In this document: positions 24,642 to 32,657 of the stretch, one piece after another
Numbering within the stretch: position 1 is the first letter of the stretch
Layout: the number at the start of each line of letters is the position of its first letter
IMG/VR virus record: IMGVR_UViG_3300029620_000016
Coordinates: 1-42,683 of that record
Source: a virus
Strand: one strand, 5' to 3'
DNA: 42,683 bases
Notes under the pieces: model-generated
Databases searched by the model: none
Seen by the model: the letters and a program-made list of their open reading frames with translations, nothing else
Told to the model about the DNA's origin: nothing
Program-made: the position numbers and the translations under genes

Positions 24642-24694
24642 AGCCTCGAAATAAGTAATTAACTTATCCCAAGGCTTAAATTTACTTTTCTTTT
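24642..24694 (+). terminator. Weak candidate int terminator
   Basis: AGCCT..ATAAGT-aatta-ACTTAT..AGGCT interrupted hairpin (24642-24676), followed by a T-rich tract. Confidence 0.3.
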
Positions 24695-24928
24695 ATATTT
24701 AAGTAGATTAATAACTAAGAGTATTCAAGTGTAACTAAGTGTTGAAATAATAAGTGTTACAGTTAATATATTATATTCTATTATCATTATATGTATTCAT
24801 TATTAACTTGCTGATTGTTGACAAAATGTTGACACTATGATGTGTAACATATTACATTTTGTTAGCAGTCAGCTCTTTTTTATTTTAATTTTAATTATCA
24901 GAAAATTAAAAATATTTTGAAAATGTTA

Positions 24929-24957
24929 TTGACACTGACATTTTAAAGAGCTAAAAT
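24929..24957 (+). promoter_or_regulatory. Near-consensus sigma-70-type promoter of the plus-strand island
   Basis: TTGACA (24929-24934), exactly 17 nt, TAAAAT (24952-24957). It lies 28 nt upstream of the first island ATG and its AAAGGAGG SD. Confidence 0.65.
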
Positions 24958-24985
24958 ATCGGTGTAATCAAAAGGAGGTTACAAA

Positions 24986-25600
24986 ATGACAACATTATTA
25001 GTAAATTTCACTGAAAGCGAAAAACAAGGAAGAAGATTTATTTATACCGATTACAAAGATGTGGTGGTATATAAGGAAAAAGAAAATGATAAAACTGTAT
25101 TTGTTAAAGAAGTTAATCATAGAAAAAATTTATCATCTTTAAATATTAGAATTGAATTAGATGGAAAAAGAACTAAAGAAGAATTATTAAAAGCTATTAA
25201 AAGAAGAACCCAAAAATATGAAAGAGAACAAAAAGCTAAAGAAACAATGATAAAAAACGATTTCAAAAAAGCTTTAAATATTACTAAATTGTCTAAAAAA
25301 TATGAACAATTATTAAGTATCTATGAAAGAATTTATAACGAAGAAAATCATAATGGAATAATTAATATTCTTTCTTCTTTTAAAAAAATTAACAAATCGC
25401 CTTATTCTTCATCGTTTTATGATAGTGATGATATTGGTTGGGATTCTAAACCTGAAGGCTCATTAAGATTGTCCGACCATTGGAACTTTTACTCTTGGGG
25501 AGAACAACACTGTTGCTTAGATAGTACTAAAGAATATACTCGAAAATGGTTATTATGCCAATATAATAACGGTGTTTATCACGTAGTTAAAGAACTTTAG
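24986..25600 (+). CDS. Hypothetical protein (204 aa) with a Lys-rich helical middle and a Trp/Cys/His-rich C-terminal domain
   Basis: Strong SD (AAAGGAGG). C-terminal LRLSDHWNFYSWGEQHCCLDSTKEYTRKWLLCQY. No family recognised. Confidence 0.55.
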   Translation: MTTLLVNFTESEKQGRRFIYTDYKDVVVYKEKENDKTVFVKEVNHRKNLSSLNIRIELDGKRTKEELLKAIKRRTQKYEREQKAKETMIKNDFKKALNITKLSKKYEQLLSIYERIYNEENHNGIINILSSFKKINKSPYSSSFYDSDDIGWDSKPEGSLRLSDHWNFYSWGEQHCCLDSTKEYTRKWLLCQYNNGVYHVVKEL

Positions 25601-25618
25601 TAGAAAGGAGAAAATAAA

Positions 25619-25888
25619 ATGACAACTAAAGAATTTATGACTTTACCTTCAAACTCTGATAAAACTTTTTTTAAAAGTCATGTCACGGCTGTTGAAACTT
25701 TGAATTTATTAGAGAAAAAAGGAATCGAAAACATTAAAATTTATGATTATTTCATGGATTTTATTTATGAAGGTAAAATTAGAGAAGCGTATCGCTTTTT
25801 AAACGATATGTATTTGGATGATGAAACGAAAGGATGTATTGTTGGTTGTTTTAAAAATACCAACGCTTCAATTTATATAGGTATTTAA
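25619..25888 (+). CDS. Hypothetical protein (89 aa)
   Basis: SD GAAAGGAG. Island operon. Confidence 0.5.
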   Translation: MTTKEFMTLPSNSDKTFFKSHVTAVETLNLLEKKGIENIKIYDYFMDFIYEGKIREAYRFLNDMYLDDETKGCIVGCFKNTNASIYIGI

Positions 25889-25890
25889 AA

Positions 25891-26100
25891 ATGTATTACG
25901 ATAATCTTGGAAAACTTTTATTAAATCTCATTTGCTATTATAAATTAGCTGATGGAGAATTAATCATAATTGAAACTAAAGAAGAAACTTACTTAGAAAA
26001 GACAATTGTTAAAGCCGTAGAGCGTTGTGCTGGTTTATACTTGTTTGATTGCCCTTGTAAAGTGGTAGTTGATAAAAATATTTGGATTAAAATTTTATAA
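25891..26100 (+). CDS. Hypothetical protein (69 aa)
   Basis: Starts 2 nt after the upstream stop. No clear SD. Confidence 0.45.
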   Translation: MYYDNLGKLLLNLICYYKLADGELIIIETKEETYLEKTIVKAVERCAGLYLFDCPCKVVVDKNIWIKIL

Positions 26101-26112
26101 AGAAGATGCGAT

Positions 26113-26502
26113 ATGTGGAAAAATATTCAAATTAACAAACAAAATATTAAAGCTGAAACTATGAAAGCAGTATTAATCCAGATGCCACACAATTCAAATT
26201 ACGATGGTTTCAGTTTCTGGCATCCTTCAAAATTAGTAAGAACTGGCTACAATTCAAACGCTTTAAGTATTGGTTATAATGATGATTTTACTTTTAAATT
26301 AATTAAGCAGGGTAAAGGTAAATATAATTCAAGAGATATTATAGCTGAAGAAGTAATAGATGTTGAAGAATTTGAAGAAGCTTTTGGAGTAATGAATGAA
26401 AATATTACTGCCCCTCATACAAAAAATATTTATGAAACTCATAAACCAGCTCCACTGGAAGTAAAAGAAGTTTCAGTATTGGATGAATTAAAAGATGAAT
26501 AA
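26113..26502 (+). CDS. Hypothetical protein (129 aa)
   Basis: Its end overlaps the SNF2 start by 8 nt. Motif AVLIQMPHNS..FSFWHPSKLV. No family recognised. Confidence 0.5.
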   Translation: MWKNIQINKQNIKAETMKAVLIQMPHNSNYDGFSFWHPSKLVRTGYNSNALSIGYNDDFTFKLIKQGKGKYNSRDIIAEEVIDVEEFEEAFGVMNENITAPHTKNIYETHKPAPLEVKEVSVLDELKDE

Positions 26503-27709
26503 TCAAGAAATTGCCTTTGAGAAACTATCTAAGTTAAAAGTCGGTGCTTTGTTCATGGAAATGGGCACTGGTAAAACAAAAGTTGCACTTGATTTGATAG
26601 CTTCTAAAAAAGATAAAGTTAATTACATTCTTTGGATTTGCCCATTTTCAATTAAACAAGAAATCGAACAAGAACGCCTAAAATGGCATCCTGAGCTAAA
26701 AATAGACATTATAGGTGTTGAAACCATTTCACAAAGTAGTAAAGAATACTTAAGAGTTTTCAACAAAGTAATTGAATCAAAATCATTCATTGTAGTGGAT
26801 GAAAGTCTTAAAATTAAGAACATGAGTGCCAAAAGAACTAAGCGGATACTTAAGCTTGGAAGCTATGCCAAGTACAAGCTTATCTTAAATGGTACACCTC
26901 TATCAAAAAATATCCTTGATTTATACCCTCAAATGGAATTTCTCTCCCCAAAAATACTCAATATGTCTATTACTCAATTCCGAAATCAGTATTGCGAATA
27001 TTACCTTCAAGGAAGACTTAAAAACAAGGTTAAAAAACAATATAACATTGAACATCTAGTTTCACTTATAAAGCCCTATATATTTGATAGTAAACTAGAT
27101 CTTGGCAAGGATAAAACTTATCACAAAATAAATTACTCAATTGAAGACTTGGAAGAATATGAAAATATTAAACATAACTTCCTTGGATTTGATAATGATA
27201 TGGCATTCTTCTCTTTAGTTACACTGCTCCAGAAGCATTACTGCACTCAAAAAAGTAGACTTGAGCTAATAAGAAAAACAATAGATTCAATCGATGGACA
27301 AGTGATAGTATTTGTTAAATATCTGGATAGTATCCCTAGTGAAGAAACTCATAAGATTATTGGTGAAATGAACGATTCTAAAAGAGATATTATCATCCAG
27401 GGATTTAGAGAAGGTAAATTTAAAACACTGTACATAACTTATGGTTGTGGTTCATTCGGATTAAATTTGCAAAATTGCCGAAACATTATATTTGCTGATC
27501 ATACTTTTGACTATTCTCAACGAATTCAAGCTGAAGCTAGGATATTTAGAATCGGTCAAGAATATGATGTAAATTACTATGATATGAATTGTAATTGTGG
27601 ATTGGACAAACTTATCCGTGGGTGCTTAAATAAAAAAGTTAAATTACTTGATGAAGTTAAAGAAGAAATTGAAAAGAAAGGAGTTGAAGAATGGCTAAAA
27701 ACTATTTAG
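26495..27709 (+). CDS. Minimal SNF2-family ATPase (island copy)
   Basis: MGTGKTKVA (I), IVVDESLKIKN (II), ILNGTP (III), QAEARIFRIGQ (VI). 404 aa with no accessory domains. Confidence 0.75.
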   Translation: MNNQEIAFEKLSKLKVGALFMEMGTGKTKVALDLIASKKDKVNYILWICPFSIKQEIEQERLKWHPELKIDIIGVETISQSSKEYLRVFNKVIESKSFIVVDESLKIKNMSAKRTKRILKLGSYAKYKLILNGTPLSKNILDLYPQMEFLSPKILNMSITQFRNQYCEYYLQGRLKNKVKKQYNIEHLVSLIKPYIFDSKLDLGKDKTYHKINYSIEDLEEYENIKHNFLGFDNDMAFFSLVTLLQKHYCTQKSRLELIRKTIDSIDGQVIVFVKYLDSIPSEETHKIIGEMNDSKRDIIIQGFREGKFKTLYITYGCGSFGLNLQNCRNIIFADHTFDYSQRIQAEARIFRIGQEYDVNYYDMNCNCGLDKLIRGCLNKKVKLLDEVKEEIEKKGVEEWLKTI

Positions 27710-28965
27710 ATAAAAATGTATATCAGTTAGCACTAGAACGTATAGCTTATTTATTTAATGAGTTTGACAATGTTCTAGTTGCTTTTAGCGGTGGAAAAGA
27801 TAGTAGTGTATGCCTTGAGCTATGTTATGATTATGCTAAGGAAAATGGCTTATTAAATAAATTGTCAATGTATCATCTTGACTATGAAGCTCAATACCAA
27901 ATGACAACTGATTTTGTGGATGAAACATTTAAAAGATATCCGAATATTAAAAGATATTGGCTTTGTTTACCGATTAAAGCTCAATGTTGTACTAGTATGA
28001 CAGCTGGATACTGGATTCCATGGGAAGAATCTAAAAAAGCTATCTGGGTTAGGAAAATGCCTACATATGATTATGTTATCAATCAACATAATTGCCAATT
28101 TAATTACCATGGTTTTGATTATGATGTTCAAGATAGATTTTGTGATTGGTTTAAATCAAAACACGGTAAAACAGCCGTTGTAATAGGAATAAGAACGGAT
28201 GAATCATTAAACCGATTTAGGGCAATAGCAAGTGACCATGCTATTAAATATAAAGGCAAATCATGGATTAATGGAAATAAAGCTTACCCTATTTATGATT
28301 GGCACGTTCAAGATGATTGGATATATTTTGGAAAGTTTGCTAAGCGATACAATAAGTTATATGATTTGTACTATCAAGCTGGGCTAAGCGTTGACCAAAT
28401 GAGAGTAGCAAGTCCATTTAATGATTGCGCATCAAACACTTTAAAACTCTATAAGGTTATTGATCCAAATAACTGGGGAAAGATGATTGGTAGAGTTAAC
28501 GGTGTTAATTTTACCGCTATTTATGGTGGAACTATTGCTATGGGATGGAATAAAATAACTAAACCTAAAGATTTCACATGGAAGCAATATTGCTATTTTT
28601 TGCTCAACACTTTGGATGAAAAAACAAAGCAACATTACTTAAACAAATTAAACACTTCAATTAAGTTTTGGAAAGATAAAGGCGGTTGTTTAAGCGATGA
28701 AACAATTAAAGAATTGCAAAAAGACAACATTAATTATATAGATAAAGGCTATACCAGTAATTATAGTACCAATAAAAAAGTAATTGCATTTAATGACTAT
28801 TTAGATGATACAAATGTAACCAATTTTAAAGAATTACCAACATATAAACGTATGTGTATTTGTATAATTAAAAATGACTATTATTGTAAATATATGGGCT
28901 TTAGCCAAACCAAAAATGAAATAGAGAAAAGAAAGAGAGCTATAGAAAAATATGCAAAATTATAA
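27691..28965 (+). CDS. PP-loop ATP-pyrophosphatase of the PAPS-reductase / DndC / IbrA-like family
   Basis: PP-loop VAFSGGKDSSV near the N-terminus. IGIRTDES. Long C-terminal extension, as in IbrA-type proteins. Overlaps the SNF2 gene by 19 nt. Confidence 0.8.
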   Translation: MAKNYLDKNVYQLALERIAYLFNEFDNVLVAFSGGKDSSVCLELCYDYAKENGLLNKLSMYHLDYEAQYQMTTDFVDETFKRYPNIKRYWLCLPIKAQCCTSMTAGYWIPWEESKKAIWVRKMPTYDYVINQHNCQFNYHGFDYDVQDRFCDWFKSKHGKTAVVIGIRTDESLNRFRAIASDHAIKYKGKSWINGNKAYPIYDWHVQDDWIYFGKFAKRYNKLYDLYYQAGLSVDQMRVASPFNDCASNTLKLYKVIDPNNWGKMIGRVNGVNFTAIYGGTIAMGWNKITKPKDFTWKQYCYFLLNTLDEKTKQHYLNKLNTSIKFWKDKGGCLSDETIKELQKDNINYIDKGYTSNYSTNKKVIAFNDYLDDTNVTNFKELPTYKRMCICIIKNDYYCKYMGFSQTKNEIEKRKRAIEKYAKL

Positions 28966-29464
28966 ATCACCAGTTTACAATGTTAAAGCTGTACCAATAG
29001 AAAAAATTCAAGCAAATGCTTATAACCCCAATCATGTCGCCGTGCCAGAAATGAAGCTTCTTTATAAGTCAATTCTTGAAGATGGATATACTATGCCAAT
29101 AGTGTGTTATTATCTTAAAGATCAAGATAAATATGAAATTGTAGATGGATTCCATAGATATAGAACAATGCTGGAACACAAGGATATTTACGAACGTGAA
29201 AATGGATGTCTTCCAGTAGTTGTAATTGATAAAGATTTATCCAATAGAATGGCTTCAACCATCCGCCATAATAGAGCTAGAGGTTCACATTCGATTGAAT
29301 TAATGACTAATATAGTTGCTGATTTAGTTAAGAGTGGAATGTCGGATGCATGGATTATGAAAAATATAGGTATGGATGCTGATGAGCTTCTGAGGCTGAA
29401 GCAGATAAGCGGATTGGCAGAGTTGTTCAAAGACAAGGACTTCAGCAAGGGATGGGATAAATAG
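28952..29464 (+). CDS. ParB/sulfiredoxin-fold protein, IbrB/DndB-like
   Basis: IEKIQANAYNPN, VDGFHRYRT and STIRHNRARGSH motifs. 170 aa. Overlaps the PP-loop gene by 14 nt. Confidence 0.75.
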   Translation: MQNYKSPVYNVKAVPIEKIQANAYNPNHVAVPEMKLLYKSILEDGYTMPIVCYYLKDQDKYEIVDGFHRYRTMLEHKDIYERENGCLPVVVIDKDLSNRMASTIRHNRARGSHSIELMTNIVADLVKSGMSDAWIMKNIGMDADELLRLKQISGLAELFKDKDFSKGWDK

Positions 29465-29683
29465 ATGAAAACAACTAAACGGCAACAAAAGTTTCTAGAT
29501 AAGCTATATGCAAACTATACTGACACAAATAACATATACCCTAAGAGTATGAGCGATAGCGAGTTTATAAAACTTATCACGGATTATTTTCTAGGCGAAG
29601 ACTACTATATTGCTAGCCCTGTGTCACAAGGACAAGCAAATGTGATTATTGCTATAGAAATTATAAGGAGTAATAGACACTGA
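29465..29683 (+). CDS. Hypothetical protein (72 aa), last gene of the island
   Basis: Starts immediately after the ParB-like stop and ends at a TGA just before the terminator. Confidence 0.5.
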   Translation: MKTTKRQQKFLDKLYANYTDTNNIYPKSMSDSEFIKLITDYFLGEDYYIASPVSQGQANVIIAIEIIRSNRH

Positions 29684-29696
29684 CCACTGAGAAAAT

Positions 29697-29730
29697 AAGC
29701 CCTAAAACAAACGTTCTAGGGCTTTTCTCT
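29697..29730 (+). terminator. Rho-independent terminator of the island operon
   Basis: AAGCCCTA-N12-TAGGGCTT stem (29697-29724), followed by TTCTCT. Confidence 0.6.
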
Positions 29731-29865
29731 TAGCATCTCGAATAATAACTCTATCAAGCGTTCTAAACGCTCTATGCGTTCTTTATCACTCATACAATCA
29801 CCTCATTTAGATTTTAGACAAAAATAAAAAAGCTTAAACCAATTGTTTAGGACTTTTTTATTGTA

Positions 29866-29890
29866 CTAAAAAGTCCAGGGCTTAACCTGG
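29866..29890 (-). terminator. Terminator of the late operon
   Basis: Minus strand: TCCAGG-ttaagc-CCTGGA followed by CTTTTTA. An alternative overlapping hairpin is GGACTTTTT-N9-AAAAAGTCC (29849-29875). Confidence 0.5.
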
Positions 29891-29939
29891 ACTATAAGGA
29901 GAAAATACGACAAATAACTTATATACACATTATACTCTT

Positions 29940-30251
29940 TTATTTTTTAGATTCAATATTTTTAGTTTGCTTTTTAGCGTATTCTTCAATTTTATCAAAA
30001 GCCTTTTGAACCAACTTTTCAATAAAATCTCTGGTGAATATCATTTTATACGGAGCTGGAACTAAGGAGTAGAGATCATCAACTACACGCTTCATTTTCT
30101 CTTTTCCATCAACTCCAGCTATTTCAGCATCATTAATACTACCACTTATACTGGATTCTAATTTTGCTTTAATTTTAAAATAATAAGTAAATAGTGTTAT
30201 GATAACACCTAATACGACTAATACGATATTAATTATTTCACTTGTATTCAT
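29940..30251 (-). CDS. Putative holin (LL-H-like, single N-terminal TM)
   Basis: N-terminal TM IINIVLVVLGVIITLFTYYF. GKEKMKRVVDDL pattern. Last gene of the late operon, next to the XhlA-like gene. Confidence 0.55.
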   Translation of the reverse strand: MNTSEIINIVLVVLGVIITLFTYYFKIKAKLESSISGSINDAEIAGVDGKEKMKRVVDDLYSLVPAPYKMIFTRDFIEKLVQKAFDKIEEYAKKQTKNIESKK

Positions 30252-30252
30252 T

Positions 30253-30561
30253 TTATAACCCCCATCTGCTTAATAAATAACCTAACAATGCTCCTACAAG
30301 CGTTGTTATAATAATGCTAACTACTTGCTCCCAACGTTTACTTGGTTTGCTTTCCAGCTCGGTTAATCTTTTACCTTGCTCTTCTTGTTTTTTATTCATT
30401 GTGTTCATATTAATAGCTAATTCTTTAACACTCATAGCAAGATCATTAATAGCTTTAGATTGCTCTTCAACTTTATCCATTCTGTGTTTAAGGGATTTAA
30501 TGTTATCTTCATGGTTTGTTAATGTTTTAGTTATTTTAATTTCATCTATATTATTTTCCAT
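30253..30561 (-). CDS. xhlA: XhlA-like lysis-associated membrane protein
   Basis: Coiled-coil N-terminus plus a C-terminal TM VVSIIITTLVGALLGYLL, which is the architecture of PBSX XhlA. Confidence 0.6.
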   Translation of the reverse strand: MENNIDEIKITKTLTNHEDNIKSLKHRMDKVEEQSKAINDLAMSVKELAINMNTMNKKQEEQGKRLTELESKPSKRWEQVVSIIITTLVGALLGYLLSRWGL

Positions 30562-30571
30562 AATCGTTCCT

Positions 30572-31225
30572 CTAAGTTGTAATCGTAATTAATTCAAGCG
30601 GATAGTTTGAGAAATATCCCCATTCATTAGTTGCGACTTGATCAGCAACAGCTCTAAAGTATTCACTATCAGAAGTACCTATTGTACCTTGATTTGGGAA
30701 TGCGTTTAAAACTAACTTGATGCTATTTCCACTTATATTATAAGATGCTCTAAATGTTTTTGCACTACCATTTGTATCGATTACTCCAGTTTGTGACTCA
30801 TCGTTGTATCTGTTGAATACATGACTTGACACAATACACATATTATTAGGAAGTTTAGTAATGCTAAAGTAACCATCATTTGTATTGCTGAAGCATACTA
30901 GAGAAGTAAAAGTTACACCTACACTGCCCATGGCTAAAGTGACTTCATTTGGATAAACTAGTTCTCCATCATCATTTTCAGTTGGCTCAGGAACACTAAC
31001 ACTAAATCCACTAAAACTACCAGCTGTTATAGATTCACTAATTACTGGTATATCACCACCACTACCACCAGTTGGAATAGATAAGATACATTGTGCTAAA
31101 TTGGCTGAATTCTTATTAGTTGGTATAGAAGTTGCTTTTTTGGTAACACAAGCGTTGTATGCATTACTAATATTTGATTTAAGGCTATTTATAGCTGTTT
31201 CTAGACTTGTTAAATCGAAACTCAT
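30572..31225 (-). CDS. Hypothetical tail-distal protein (217 aa)
   Basis: Follows Tal. The N-terminal LETAINSLKSNISNAYN...ILSIPTGGSGG pattern resembles the fibre-protein N-termini elsewhere in this genome. Confidence 0.45.
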   Translation of the reverse strand: MSFDLTSLETAINSLKSNISNAYNACVTKKATSIPTNKNSANLAQCILSIPTGGSGGDIPVISESITAGSFSGFSVSVPEPTENDDGELVYPNEVTLAMGSVGVTFTSLVCFSNTNDGYFSITKLPNNMCIVSSHVFNRYNDESQTGVIDTNGSAKTFRASYNISGNSIKLVLNAFPNQGTIGTSDSEYFRAVADQVATNEWGYFSNYPLELITITT

Positions 31226-31229
31226 ATAT

Positions 31230-32657
31230 TTATACTCCTTTAATCAAATTTGCCAGTGTATTGAATGCACTTTGAACATCACTCTTTAATGCGTATTTTG
31301 ACAAATCAGTATCACTACCAGTTCCTTTTTGGCGGTTAAAGAAATCTCTAGTCTTGTTGTCAAACTCATTATTTTTTACATAATCTTTTAACTTATTATC
31401 ATAGTCCTTAAATTTGTTATCATAATCTTTAAAGTTATTATTATAATCATTAAACTTTTTGTCGTAATCATTGAAAGTTTTATCTGATTCATCAATTTTT
31501 TTAGAAGCTGAACTATTGATATCTATTGATATTCTGTCTTCATCACCTAATACGATTGTAGTTTTGTCTGGCTGATTTAAGTTAATAGTCATTTTTTGAA
31601 CGATCATATAATTATCATCCAACTTGTGAACTGAACTATAAACTCTTACTTTTTGTCCTACTCGGAATGATTCGATATTAACATCCAACAAGTGTAAATC
31701 AAAGGCATTTAATTCTATGTTTTTGGCTAACTTTTTATAATAGTTAAGTTGTTCTTTAGCGTTTTTAACTAATTGCTGAGTGTCTTTTTCGACTCCATCC
31801 CACACTAATGCTTTAAATATCTTGCCATATTTTTTGACTGCTTCTTCATCATAAATATAATCAGTATCTTTTTTATGCTTAATAGTTCCATCAGTAAAAT
31901 CTTCAACCTCTGTAATATCCAGCTTGTACTCAACTTTCTCTTCATCCTTACCATCAGTTTTGACCGTTGCACCTAAAGGAATAATAGCTGTGGCTATTTC
32001 TTCCCCTTTAATAGTTCTGGTTAAAGTTAATAAGTTTTTGCCAAATTGAATTATTTGGTTATTAACTGATAATTGTTTAGAAGTGAGATAATCTAGATAC
32101 TTAATATCGTCATGGATTCTTGGAATTAAATAGGTGTGATTAAATGTATTAATTAAATCATCATTTAAAGTTGCCAGTGTATCATCATAAGAAGATATTT
32201 TATAGAATGTTTCAGAAGAATCAACCTCAGTTACAGTGCCTACATGGAACTTTTTATAATCATCTACTTGAGAGTTATGTATATTAATAATATCAGTTAG
32301 ATAGTCTTTAATTTTAGTATTACCTTTTAGTGAATATGATTTGGCTCTTTGAACTGAATCAAGTAAGTATCCTAACATACCTTCACAAGAGATAGTTTTA
32401 AAATTATAGATATCAGTTTCATCATTAAGCACTCTTCCACAAAATATTACATCACCATCTTGGACTAAATAAACCTCCGATAAATGCTTTTTTATATCAT
32501 TAAAATATGGATGAGTGGGGCTAATTTTAAAGGTTAATGAACCAGTTTTATTAAGTTCTACCTCGCATACAGCGTTTGCAACTTTTAAATTATTACTCCT
32601 GGAATCGTGAATTACAAGCCGTTCACCATCTCTATTATCGATGATTATTTGATACAT
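31230..32657 (-). CDS. Tail-associated (Tal-like) minor structural protein
   Basis: Directly after Dit. The N-terminal domain pattern is MYQIIIDNRDGERLVIHDS...LTFKISPTHPYF. The C-terminus has heptad repeats. Confidence 0.75.
   Translation of the reverse strand: MYQIIIDNRDGERLVIHDSRSNNLKVANAVCEVELNKTGSLTFKISPTHPYFNDIKKHLSEVYLVQDGDVIFCGRVLNDETDIYNFKTISCEGMLGYLLDSVQRAKSYSLKGNTKIKDYLTDIINIHNSQVDDYKKFHVGTVTEVDSSETFYKISSYDDTLATLNDDLINTFNHTYLIPRIHDDIKYLDYLTSKQLSVNNQIIQFGKNLLTLTRTIKGEEIATAIIPLGATVKTDGKDEEKVEYKLDITEVEDFTDGTIKHKKDTDYIYDEEAVKKYGKIFKALVWDGVEKDTQQLVKNAKEQLNYYKKLAKNIELNAFDLHLLDVNIESFRVGQKVRVYSSVHKLDDNYMIVQKMTINLNQPDKTTIVLGDEDRISIDINSSASKKIDESDKTFNDYDKKFNDYNNNFKDYDNKFKDYDNKLKDYVKNNEFDNKTRDFFNRQKGTGSDTDLSKYALKSDVQSAFNTLANLIKGV
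31350..31481 (-). repeat. In-frame 21-bp tandem repeats encoding (K/N)F(N/K)DYD(N/K) heptads
   Basis: The protein reads TFNDYDK KFNDYNN NFKDYDN KFKDYDN KLKDYVK NNEFDNK. Confidence 0.8.

Noticed and set aside
29716-29793. 25-codon minus-strand ORF (MSDKERIERLERLIELLFEMLREKP) with a GAGGTG SD downstream of the holin gene.
   Set aside because: It lies beyond the late-operon terminator hairpins, and its 3' end overlaps the island terminator stem. It is too short to support without conservation data.
31230-32657. The Tal-like protein as the missing endolysin.
   Set aside because: Only the conserved N-terminal tail-tip structural domain is recognisable. No CHAP, amidase, lysozyme or M23 motifs were seen in the C-terminal part, which is instead repeat and coiled-coil like.
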